Positions 13,309 through 25,337 of a stretch of DNA of 64,000 nt are shown piece after piece. How positions within the stretch are numbered: the first letter of the stretch is position 1; the number at the start of each line of letters is the position of its first letter. Source of the DNA: Macrostomum lignano (taxonomy: Eukaryota); assembly GCA_002269645.1 (NCBI GenBank), contig NIVC01000594.1, forward strand, positions 248,001 through 312,000. Direction: 5' to 3'. The position numbers and the translations under genes are program-made. Below the pieces are notes generated by a model. It searched no databases. It saw only the letters and a list, made by a program, of their open reading frames with translations, and was not told where the DNA came from.

Positions 13309-14026
13309 GACTGACTGACTGACTGACTGACTGACTGACTGACTGACTGACTGACTGACTGACTGACTGACTGACTGACTGACTGACTGACTGACTGACT
13401 GACTTAAGTGAGTGGGTGACTGACTGACTGACTGACTGACTGACTGACTGACTGACTGACTGACTGACTTGAGTGAGTGGGTGACTGACTGACTGACTGA
13501 CTGACTGACTTGAGTGAGTGGGTGACTGACTGACTGACTGACTGACTGACTGACTGACTGACTGACTGACTGACTGACTGACTTGAGTGAGTGGGTGACT
13601 GACTGACTGACTGACTGACTGACTGACTGACTGACTTGAGTGAGTGGGTGACTGACTGACTGACTGACTTGAGTGAGTGGGTGACTGACTGACTGACTGA
13701 CTTGAGTGAGTGGGTGACTGACTGACTGACTGACTTGAGTGAGTGGCTGACTGACTGACTGACTGACTGACTGACTGACTGACTGACTGACTGACTGACT
13801 GACTGACTGACTGACTTGAGTGAGTGGGTGACTGACTGACTGACTGACTGACTGACTGACTTAAGTGAGTGGGTGACTGACTGACTGACTGACTGACTGA
13901 CTGACTGACTGACTGACTGACTGACTGACTGACTGACTGACTGACTGACTGACTGACTGACTGACTGGCTGACTGACTGACTGACTGACTGACTGACTGA
14001 CTGACTGACTGACTGACTGACTGACT

Positions 14027-14058
<32 letters not shown>

Positions 14059-14402
14059 GACTTGAGTGAGTGGGTGACTGACTGACTGACTGACTGACTG
14101 ACTGACTGACTGACTGACTGACTGACTGACTGACTGACTGACTGACTGACTTGAGTGAGTGGGTGACTGACTGACTGACTGACTGACTGACTGACTGACT
14201 GACTGACTGACTGACTGACTGACTGACTGACTGACTGACTGACTGACTGACTGACTGACTGACTGACTTAAGTGAGTGGGTGACTGACTGACTGACTGAC
14301 TGACTGACTGACTGACTGACTGACTGACTGACTGACTTGAGTGAGTGGGTGACTGACTGACTGACTGACTGACTGACTGACTGACTGACTGACTGACTGA
14401 CT

Positions 14403-14434
<32 letters not shown>

Positions 14435-14603
14435 GACTGACTGACTGACTGACTGACTGACTGACTGACTGACTGACTGACTGACTGACTGACTGACTGA
14501 CTGACTGACTGACTGACTGACTGACTGACTGACTGACTGACTGACTGACTGACTTAAGTGAGTGGGTGACTGACTGACTGACTGACTGACTGACTGACTG
14601 ACT

Positions 14604-14635
<32 letters not shown>

Positions 14636-14999
14636 GACTGACTGACTGACTGACTGACTGACTGACTGACTGACTGACTGACTGACTGACTGACTGACTG
14701 ACTGACTGACTGACTGACTGACTGACTGACTGACTGACTGACTGACTGACTGACTGACTGACTGACTGACTGACTGACTTGAGTGAGTGGGTGACTGACT
14801 GACTGACTGACTGACTGACTTGAGTGAGTGGGTGACTGACTGACTGACTGACTGACTGACTGACTGACTTGAGTGAGTGGGTGACTGACTGACTGACTGA
14901 CTGACTGACTGACTGACTGACTGACTGACTGACTGACTTGAGTGAGTGGGTGACTGACTGACTGACTGACTGACTGACTGACTGACTGACTGACTGACT

Positions 15000-15031
<32 letters not shown>

Positions 15032-17386
15032 GACTGACTGACTGACTGACTGACTGACTGACTGACTGACTGACTGACTGACTGACTGAGCTGGATCCAG
15101 AGCCAATTAGAGACCAAACAGCCCCTGCGTTCCAGTTTAGAGCCACTCGTCTGCTCCTCGGGGTGCTCGTGGGGCTAATTACCCCGGTTCTTCTGGTTTA
15201 CATACTGCTGCACATCCGTGAGAGTTCGTCAGCCAAGTCGGTTCCTGCACAGCAGCCCAGCCTGTGCACCAGCGAGGCCTGCATCAGTGCAAGCGCACTG
15301 CTGCAGAGCCACGTAGACCTGTCCGCGGACCCGAGCCAAGACTTCTACAGCTTCGCCTGCGGCGGCTTCCAGAAGAGCCACCCCTTCACCGCCGAGACAG
15401 TCAACTCAACAGTGAAGGAGGACAACTCAATTCAAGGAATTCTATTCGAAATGATGTACTTTAAAACCTTGCCAAAGCCTCGAAACGAAATTGAAGCAGA
15501 GATGTTCCAGACTCTGCGGTACATGTACGGGACCTGCGAGGACTAGCTCTGGCACATCTCCAGCCTACTGAAGTCGAAGAGAGACGAGTTCCTACCTATG
15601 GGCTGGAGACATTACAAGCATAATTTCAACATAACATCTCTGGCTGGGCCACTGCTGAGATACCTGGAGGATTTCTCAGGGACTGAAGACTTTGTGGTCA
15701 GACTGGCTGTGTCCGGCCTATCGGGCCTTCTGCAGCTGGCGGAGTACCGGGTGGGTACGGACGAGGGCCGGGCGATCGAAGGGGCTGATACTGGAGCCAA
15801 TGCAGAAGCAAGAGACCATGAGCTTCAAATGGTACTACCTGTTCAGGCATTTGCAAAGTCCGCTGGAAAAGTTTAGCCAGCTAATTCATTTGAAGCTCAC
15901 AGCTCCGATAAATTTGACGCTTTCAACGGTGAAAGAAATCAACTACGCTGACGCCAAGTCGCGCCCATTTGGACCCGCGAGCGTTCGCCGGCTCCAGAAT
16001 TTATTCCAAGCAGACCCGCAGATCACTTTCAACTGGACTGAGTTCGTAGTCGCACTGGGAAGACAGTCGGGCAATCGAATTTCTCTGTCGACGAACTTTT
16101 TTATTAGGAAAATGCTGCTTTTTGTAGACGTTATCGCAAAGCTGGATAGCGAGCTGAAGGCCAGAAAGGGACCTCTGTATGACTTTATAAGGCTGGAGGC
16201 CGCTCTCTCGGTTGTGAACTTCCTGCCAGACGAAGAATCGTTTCAAGCGCTAAGAATTTGTTTGGAGAGCAGAAGTTCCTTGTAAATCAATACGAGGGAT
16301 GGCGAAACGTCTTCGTAGCTTCTATAGTCTGTATGCAGATGTCGCTGGAGACCATGCCCACAATGGTATTCGAGATGTTCACCAGCGCCTTCGTGAACGA
16401 CAGCTTCGACTCGGTGAAGAGTATCGTTAGCGACGTCAAGCAGACCATGAAGCGTAGCGTGGACGAAGAGTCCTGGATTCGACTGCCGAGCAAAATGTCA
16501 ATCAATAGTAAACTGGACGCTCTACAGAGCACCTGTCCTACCCCCGCTTCAACATGTCCGAGTTCACGGAGGTCTACTCAAACTTGAGCAATCGAGTCCG
16601 GCATTGCGAGTCATTCGGCCAAATCATTCTGGTGTACAAGAGCGCCTTGGTAAAGAATCAACTCTGGTACTTGAGCACCAATCAGCCAAAGTGGAGAGCC
16701 AAGGAGATCTTCGAAAATGCAATGGCAGTAAACTCTCGGTACTCGGAGGTTGACAACGCAATCTTCATTTACCTGGGACTGCTGCGAACCCAAATCTACT
16801 TGAAGGGCTCCCCCGACTACCTGCTGTACGGAGGCGTCGGCAGCGTCATCGGTCACGAGATCGGGCACGCCTTCGACTGGAACGGACGCCACTTTGATGG
16901 CAGCGGACGAAAACTTTCCTCAACGATATTTGGTGGCGACACGGAGGAGGAGTACCGCAGTCGAAGTCAGTGCCTCGTCAGCTCGTATGATCAGCTGATC
17001 AGTTCAGAACTTGGTATACTCGGAAAGAAAGGCAACCAAACGGTCACTGAGAACTTTGCAGACATTGTGGGCGTCAATGCGGCATTCGTGCATACAGAGC
17101 GAGTGCAGCTCGATCGCTGAGGTCAGGGAAGTCGCCTGAGACGCTGCCAGGTGAGAAGCTGTCAGGTCTGACACATGAGCAGCTGTTATTCATCCAGGAT
17201 GCTCAGTTTCACTGTGCGAAGGCTGAGAAGACTCAGCGTCAACAGTTCGGCTTGGACCCGCACACGCCTCCGAGGACGCGTGTGAACGGCAGGGCGATGC
17301 ACTCGAATGGCTTCGCCAAGGTGTTCAGCTGCAAGCCGGGAGATGCCATGTACCTGAGCGATGACAGCAAGTGCCACTTCTGGTGA
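12950..17386 (+). pseudogene. Full-length but disabled M13 neprilysin pseudogene (copy 3), interrupted by the (ACTG)n array
   Basis: Acceptor ctctatAG at 12948-9 precedes ITRRKYLESIARPT; after the array come ELDP..., the TM helix and CTSEAC...FYSFACGG. In-frame TAG at 15544-6 and frameshifts near about 15800, 16270, 16540 and 17100. Retains HEIGH, ENFAD and the terminal CHFW stop. Confidence 0.9.
12989..15089. repeat. 2.1-kb (ACTG)n tetranucleotide satellite with about 20 interspersed TTGAGTGAGTGGGT variant units
   Basis: Direct inspection; it is the source of the SQSV-repeat ORFs. Confidence 0.98.
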
Positions 17387-18252
17387 TCAGGAGACTGTGC
17401 AATGTTTTTTATTTCGAGTTAAATTTTACAGTTCTCTAGTTGATCAGTTTTTTTCTATATTGTACTTATTAAATCTGCGCATGATTCATTGCTTCTGTCA
17501 GTTCACCGCTAATTTATGTACTCAAATCGAAATTTTGTTGAGTTACTACATGTACATTAATAAAGCATTTGACCAAGTTTGAAGAGTTTCTACCTACATG
17601 CAATCTACTTTTGTATTATTGTAATATTTTGAAGCTTTACAATAATAACGGAAGATTACAGCACTGCTAGAAAGTAATTTTGAGTGACTGGAATATATTA
17701 ATGATTTTTTTCAGCTGTGGCAGAGTATAAGCAATGGAATTGCCCTCACGATAACAAAAACAGAGACCACATCACCATAAGCAACGCGGGTAAACAGAGG
17801 AGCCTAAATGACAGCAAAGTTTAAAAATTTGTAAAGTCAGGCGCGAGTTGACTGACCAGGCTTGATAAATTTGAGGCTGGAGCAGCCAGGTAGGCAGACA
17901 GGAATTGAGACTCTCTGAACATGCAAACCTGACTACTGCTAACAACGATCTAAGTAAGTAGTATGACAGAAGAAACGAATTTTAAATGAAGAAACAGCTG
18001 TTGAAACAGAGAATGAAGAAATTCAAGCGAAAATAATATAGCACAAATAAGAAAGTGCTCAACTACCTGAATATTTGGATAATTAATCACTGATACAGTT
18101 TTAATACGGAATCAAATCGATTATTGGTGGAATTAACATGCCAGTTTGTGCTGTCTTCTGTTGTTAAATTTCGTTTTTAAAAAACCGTAGTTGTGAGTCA
18201 TTAATAAAATTCGACAAGTGAAGTGAATTATGAACTGGGTTACCAAGGACCC

Positions 18253-20237
18253 TCAAATGCGGAAGCTGTCCCCTTTGCCGTCGATATGCCTCAGGCGCAG
18301 GTAGAAATCCGAGCCGACACCCTGCATGGTTTCGAAGGTGAGGCGGCCGCCAAGGTAGTGCGCGTAGGCGCGCGAGGTTGGCAATCCGAAGCCGAAGCCG
18401 TGCATCGGGCCCACCGAACGGGACTCGGAGACCCGGTCGAAGAACGACTCATTCTCGTCGCTGTGCTTGCCGGAAGTTGAGAAATGGTACTCAAATATGC
18501 TGGTCGCGATGTCGTGCGCAATGCCGCCGCCGCGATCGCTGAAGCTGCAAATTTTAATGTAATTAGCAAAAATAGACCGTTATACGCTATTTTTTCTACT
18601 CATCGGTAACTTTAAGTAGGGTAGTGCGAACATTTCTAGCGCTTTTTGATTAATGTGTGAGAATGAACGCACACACGCAACCCAGCCAAGACTATTCAAA
18701 ACTGCTTCTTAAGTTATTCTAGAAAATTATTCTACGAAATAATTTTAAATTCGAGAACAATGGAGAGTCTAGAAATGGCGCTAGAGAGTCTAGAAATGGC
18801 GCCAGATAGTCTAGAAATGGCGCCAGATAGTCTAGAAATGGCGCTAGAGAGTCTATAAATGGCACCAGAGTCTAGAAATGGCGCCAGATAGTCTAGAAAT
18901 GGCGCCAGATAGTCTAGAAATGGCGCTAGAGAGTCTATAAATGGCACCAGAGTCTAGAAATGGCGCCAGGGCCAGAGAAGCTAGAGTAGAAATGGCGCCA
19001 GAGAAGCTAAAAATGGCACCAGAGAATCTAGAAATGGCGCCAGAAGAAATAGAAATGGCGCAAGGAAAGCTAAAAATGGCGCCAGAGAATCTAGAAATGG
19101 CGCCAGAAAAACTAAAAATGGTGTCAGAAAAACTAGAAATGGCGCCAGAGAAGCTAGAAATGGCGCCTAAGACGCAAATACAGTCGTACAGACTCACCGA
19201 ATAATGAAATCGACATCATTGTTAGCCACTGTGATGGTGACCTCGGGCAGGGAGCCGACCTTGGCCCTGTTGTGCTCAACCGTGGCGCGGAACGCGTTCT
19301 TCAGCACCTCGGTAACGATGTACTCAACCGGCTGGATGATGTAGGAGAAGGCCGCCTTCCTGTTGCCGTTGATCTTCACCGCAGGCGCCAGGCCGTACTT
19401 CATCTGGCACAGCTTGGCCACGTGAGCGGCCCGGCTGTCGATGAGGTCGCCAGGGCAGAACCGGGTGCACACGACGCCGACAAAGTCCGGACGCTCCTGG
19501 CGCAGAGCCAGATGGTGCTCGCACAGCAGGCGGATGCCCAGCCTCGATGTCAGGGTCTTGTCAAGAAACTGCCTGACCAGATGCGGATCCCGGATGTGCC
19601 GGCTGCACTCGCGGAAGCCCTCGGCTAGCATGGTGACAACGTCCTTGTGGTCGTCGAGCAGCTGACGAACTACGCCGGAGTACTGCTCCTCCTCAGCCAA
19701 GTTGGTGACGGTGGGGTAGTCAGACAGGATGTGGAATGCCCGGATGTACAGCTCGTGCACGGACAGGATGGTCGGATTGCAGCCGATGATGAAGGGCAGC
19801 GAGCGGAAGTCGTCGATCCGATGGGCGATGCGAACTGGCAGCTCCTTCTGCAGGTACTGAGCCGACCGGAGCACGTAGTTCTCGTCGGTGGCGCGGCCGG
19901 AGTACAGCAGCGAGGCCGGGGTCAGACGGACCGAGTTCTTCTTGGCCGCGGCGTCGATAGCGGACTGGTTGTAGTAGGAGGTCACGGATCTGGTGCGCTC
20001 CCGTTCCAAGCTGCTGTTGCCGTTGCTTCCATTCCCGCTGTTGGCGGCTGTCCCAGCTGAAGAGTTGCGCGACGAATCAAGGAACTCGTTGCTGCGCAAG
20101 GCCAGGCGCGAATTCGATAGCTTAGACATCGATCGACAGCGAACTGGCGATGCCTGCTGCTGGCATGGCACGGGCTTCGCCAGACACGCGGTCAATGCCG
20201 AGTGCATAGGCAGTATAGCTTGTGTACTTTTGCGCAT
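18253..20237 (-). CDS. BCKDK: Branched-chain alpha-ketoacid dehydrogenase kinase, about 443 aa. Exons 19198..20237 and 18253..18544
   Basis: [21 protein letters not shown]...[29 protein letters not shown] (N box), spliced [12 protein letters not shown] (G1 box), [16 protein letters not shown] (G2 box). The phase-2 intron is consistent. The exact start Met is uncertain. Confidence 0.95.
18765..19167. repeat. About 21-bp minisatellite (agtctagaaatggcgccagat / gctagaaatggcgccagagaa) in the BCKDK intron
   Basis: Visible tandem units. Confidence 0.93.
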
Positions 20238-21114
20238 TGTGCAGAATGCTCACTTTCTGTCGAGTAACAAGATGCTTCAATAGTTAACTTGCCCTCGTTT
20301 GTAACCGAGTTGTTGGAAGACTAGATCGAGGCTTCGGTTGTTGGCGTTTCAACAAGCGGGCTGTTCAATGGAGGCACAGCCTTTCATACTGGAGCGAAGG
20401 CCAAGGGGAGAAAATTCTAGGGAACGAAAGCTCTCTTGCAGTCCGGGTTTGTTGAATGTACGCACGAGGGTAGGGCTTGGCCAAGGCCGAATGAGCGTAG
20501 AGCGGGTTGAAGGGTGTCCACCAAGGTCTTAAACTGATCTATTTTTAGCATACCGGCATTCCCGCGAGCCTATAAACTTAAAAACACTCACGCAGCGACC
20601 GCATGAATAGTTTAGCTCCACATTGTACAGCTCTTCATGTGGTCCCGCCTGTCCAAACCCACCCCGCACATCTGAGGACAAACCCTTTTCCAAGGCTTTT
20701 TAGGTGTGTTAGTCACGCTTCACGCGCGTGGGGACTCTCTAACAGTTAAACAAAACAGAGTCAGTTTTTTCTCTCTTCCGGTCCGCCACTTATTAGTGCA
20801 AAAAAACCGAATGAACTCTTGTTGCATAAAGCTAGGCGCCGGCCAGACCAAACCTGAATAGGCTAGTTTGGGATGACCTTTACAGTACAGAAAAAAAGCT
20901 GTGCAACTTTTTCACGTGACCATAGCATTATTCTTTTCCGAATTTCCGTATAATAACTTTCAACACGAGAATTAAGATTGAAAACATCTCAAGGAACAGA
21001 TGCAGAGTAGCTAATTCGAATTCCTAAGATGAAAAAAAATAATAAGTACGAGTAATAAAACCATTTTTTATTATTTTGAAATGGTTTTAAAATTATCCTC
21101 TTCCAACAATCAAA

Positions 21115-22327
21115 TATTTTAGCGCCAATTCAGCGCCGCAGTCTAGATTTTTAGCGCCAATTCAGCTCTCTGCAGTCTAGATTTTAGCGCCAATTCAGCT
21201 CTCTGCAGTCTAGATTTTAGCGCCAATTCAGCTCAGGAGTCTAGATTTTAGCGCTAATTCCTCAGGAGTCTAGATTTTAGCGCCAATTCAGCTCCTCAGT
21301 CTAGATTTTAGCGCCAATTCAGCTCCACAGTCTAGATTTTAGCGCCAATTCAGCTCCACAGTCTAGATTTTAGCGCCACAGATTGGATTTTATCGCCAAT
21401 TCAGCTCCTCAGTCTAGATTTTAGCGCCAATTCAGCTCCACAGACAAGATTTTAGCGCCACAGATTAGATTTTAGCGCTAATTCAGCTCCACAGTCTAGA
21501 TTTTAGCGCCGCAGATTAGATTTTAGCGCCAATTCAGCCTCACAGTCTAGATTTTAGCGCCAATTCAGCTCCACAGTCTAGATTTTAGTGCCACAGATTA
21601 GATTTTAGCGCTAATTCAGCTCCGCAGTCTAGATTTTAGCTCCAATTCAGCTCCACAGTCTAGATTTTAGCGCCGCAGATTAGATTTTAGCGCCAATTCA
21701 GCCTCACAGTCTAGATTTTAGCGCCAATTCCTCAGGAGTCTAGATTTTAGCGCCAATTCAGCTCAGGAGTCTAGATTTTAGCGCCAATTCAGCTCAGGAG
21801 TCTAGATTTTAGCGCCAATTCCTCAGGAGTCTAGATTTTAGCGCCAATTCAGCTCAGGAGTCTAGATTTTAGCGCCAATTCAGCTCAGGAGTCTAGATTT
21901 TAGCGCCAATTCAGCTCAGGAGTCTAGATTTTAGCGCCAATTCCTCAGGAGTCTAGATTTTAGCGCCAATTCCTCAGGAGTCTAGATTTTAGCGCCAATT
22001 CAGCTCAGGAGTCTAGATTTTAGCGCCAATTCAGCTCAGGAGTCTAGATTTTAGCGCCAATTCCTCAGGAGTCTAGATTTTAGCGCCAATTCCTCAGGAG
22101 TCTAGATTTTAGCGCCAATTCAGCTCCTCAGTCTAGATTTTAGCGCCAATTCAGCTCCTCAGTCTAGATTTTAGCGCCAATTTAGCTCCTCAGTCTAGAT
22201 TTTAGCGCCAATTCAGCTCAGCAGTCTAGATTTTAGCGCCAATTCAGCTCCTCAGTCTAGATTTTAGCGCCAATTCAGCTCCTCAGTCTAGATTTTAGCG
22301 CCAATTTAGCTCTGCAGTCTAGATTTT
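21115..22327. repeat. About 28-31 bp minisatellite (agtctagattttagcgccaattcagctc...), with its last unit split by the mariner
   Basis: Visible tandem units; the unit resumes as TAgcgccaattc at 23640. Confidence 0.96.
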
Positions 22328-22328
22328 A

Positions 22329-23639
22329 CGAGGGGTGATCAAAAGTTCTGCAACCTTTTGTTATAGCTTTTAGTTATAGAATCGGCAAAAGCCAAAAACT
22401 TACGCATATGCGGCTATATCTGTTTGCTATATTTATATGCATTTTTGGCTTTCAAATGTGCTCCAGTAAAATTTCACAGCCATATATTTTCCATGTGTTT
22501 TCAGTAGCTGATGGAAACATCAAAAGACAGTGTTCGCTTCTATATCTTTATGTGCATGCAACTTGGTTGCAAAGTGACTGAGATTCACACCGATCTCGTG
22601 AATGTTTTAGCTGACTCTGCTCCATCATTTGACACGGTTGCCCGCTGGCTGCGCCATTTCTTGGAAGGCCGGGATAGCTTCAACGAGGAACCGAGGTCTG
22701 GCCGACCCCGGACATCCGTGACCGAAGATGTCGTGGCCCATGCCGATGCAATAATTCGTGAGGATTGGAGCATTACGCTGAGATTCCTTGCCAATGAGCT
22801 TGGTGTCAGCTATGGAAGTGCTCATAACATCATGCATGAGCAACTGGGCCGCACAAAGACCTGCGCTCGGTGGGTACCCCATCTTCTCACTCCGGAGCAG
22901 CAAGCAGAGAGGGTGCGCATCTGTCTCTTGTGGCTGCAAATGTTTGAGCCCCACGGCCCACGACGACTGTCGGATGTCATCACAGGAGACGAATGTTGGA
23001 TCCCCTTCTTTACCATGAAGGATAAGCAGTCCAACATGGTCTGGCTGGCAGAAGATGAGCCGAGGCCCAAGGTGCTGAAGACCGGATTCCGCAGTCGGAA
23101 GCGGATGTTCGCCATTTTTTTCAACTCTCAGGGTGTTGTATCGGTGAGCATCCTTCCAGCGGGTGCCACAGTGACTGCCAGGTACTACACAGACACTGTT
23201 CTGCCAGGCGTGCTGCAGGAGCGGCAGGAACGTGCGCGAACCAGGCATGGACCTCGACTCCTGCTGCACCATGACAATGCGGCACCGCACAGAGCGGCTC
23301 AACCATGGCGTGCCTGGAGCAGCAGGGGGTCCGGCTGCTGCCCCATCCACCCTACTCTCTAGACCTAGCACCATGCGACTGTTGGCTGTTCCCGAGGATC
23401 AAATCCGTCATTTCTGGGAGGCCGTTTTCACGCATACAAGACCTTGCCCAAGCGGTACATTCAGCTCCATAGGGTATACCAACTTCGGAGTACCATGACT
23501 GCTTTCAGACATGGTACATTGCGATGGTGCACAGATAGTGGTGGAAAGTACTTTGAGAGACTGTGACACTGATTAGACGCCTCGACTGCTGTAACACTGA
23601 GTTGTGAGGTCACTTGCAGAACTTTTTGATCACCCCTCG
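22329..23639 (+). mobile_element. Mariner (Tc1/mariner, DD34D) transposon, 1311 bp, frameshifted transposase
   Basis: TIRs cgaggggtgatcaaaa(a)gttctgcaa differ by a 1-nt indel; TA duplicated at 22327-8 and 23640-1. The ORF from 22511 has HTH, WVPHLLT, ITGDECW and HHDNAAPH. After a frameshift near 23300 it reads HPPYSLDLAPCDCWLFP, then hits a premature stop. Confidence 0.97.
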
Positions 23640-24534
23640 TAGCGCCAATTCATTATTCAAAATTGCAGACAAAAAACTCAACATAAGCTATGACATTGAG
23701 AACAATTGAATAGCATATAGCTTAGTTTGTTCAACTTAAAGGACTTTTTAGGCGCTGAATGCACTAGTTTTATTATATATTTTATATCATCCTTCTAATA
23801 GAATTATATGAACTTTCCAGCAAAGCGAACAAGCAGTATAGTTAACGCTAAAGCGCTCGAGCTAAAAAGAAACATTAAGCTAGCAAAGATAAACACTTAG
23901 CTGATTTACAGTGCGCATATGCACTATACCAGACACAATATTTATGGTGTCTCAAGTAACACAGCCGCATTGCAAACCAAATGAAACAACAATAATGATA
24001 CAATAATTAGTGCTATAATAGCTGTCAAACAGAAGATAAAAGATGTACAAAGAGATGTGCAACAAAACAGTGATTGAAGATGAAGCAAAATAGACAGGCA
24101 TGCGTCTCTCACAGATATGATGATTCTGTATCGAAACAAGAAATAAAAGTTTATCAGAGACTAAAAAAGCGAATAGGCACTGCCGCTAATAACACTATTG
24201 ATGATCTAACCAGAGACACATTGTTAACCATATTAGTAATAAGCAATAATAATAAAAGTGCACTACTAGAACTCAACGCGTCCTATATTTTGGCATCTAA
24301 GAATAGCGAAGGAAAAGATAAAAAATCAAATTTAACAGAGCAGCAAGTGTAAGATTACCAACAGTGTGTTATGAGGATGGACTAGGCTAATCTAGAAGAG
24401 TCAATGGCTAACAATTAATCACTAACAGATTATACAAACTTTCTCGATAAACTTTATCAAGCAATCGATAATAACTCATTAATTATGCTAAAATATAGTT
24501 TGCCTTTATGGGTCTACCAACTGTTATGTGTCTA

Positions 24535-25210
24535 TCAACCCAAACCTGAACTCAAACCCAAAACTCAAACCCAATTACCGAAACCCAAACTCAAGCCCAA
24601 TTAACTCAAACCCGAAGTCAAACTCAAACCCAAACCCAAACCCGAAGTCAAACTCAAACCCAAACCCAAACCCGAAGTCAAACTCAAACCCAAACCCAAA
24701 CCCGAAGTCAAACTCAAACCCAAACCCAAACCCGAAGTCAAACTCAAACCCAAACCCAAACCCGAAGTCAAACTCAAACCCAAACCCAAACCCGAAGTCA
24801 AACTCAAACCCAAACCCAAACCCGAAGTCAAACTCAAACCCAAACCCAAACCCGAAGTCAAACTCAAACCCAAACCCAAACCCGAAGTCAAACTCAAACC
24901 CAAACCCAAACCCGAAGTCAAACTCAAACCCAAACCCAAACCCGAAGTCAAACTCAAACCCAAACCCAAACCCGAAGTCAAACTCAAACCCAAACCCAAA
25001 CCCGAAGTCAAACTCAAACCCAAACTCAAACCCAAACCCAAGCCCAATTAACTCAAACCCAAACTCAAACCCAAACCCAAGCCCAATTAACTCAAACCCA
25101 AACTCAAACCCAAACCCAAGCCCAATTAACTCAAACCCAAACCCAAACCCAAGCCCAATTAACTCAAACCCAAACCCAATCCCGAACTCAATCCCGAACC
25201 CAAACCCGAA
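24535..25210. repeat. 30-bp minisatellite (aactcaaacccaaacccaaacccgaagtca) with AAACCC-type flanks
   Basis: Perfect 30-bp period across 24600-25020; source of the NPNPKS and GFGF ORFs. Confidence 0.97.
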
Positions 25211-25337
25211 CGCTAGAGTTGAGAATAAAATAAAGTTGTTAAACCAGAGCATCGATTTCAGACAGTTGAAACTGAACAAATTTGCAAAATTTCTTGTTAA
25301 AATTCGAGAGATAAATTCAGATTCGATGGGTTTAATC

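Noticed and set aside
12944-15146. 720-aa and 292-aa SQSV-repeat ORFs
   Set aside because: They are translations of a tetranucleotide satellite that lacks stops on one strand.
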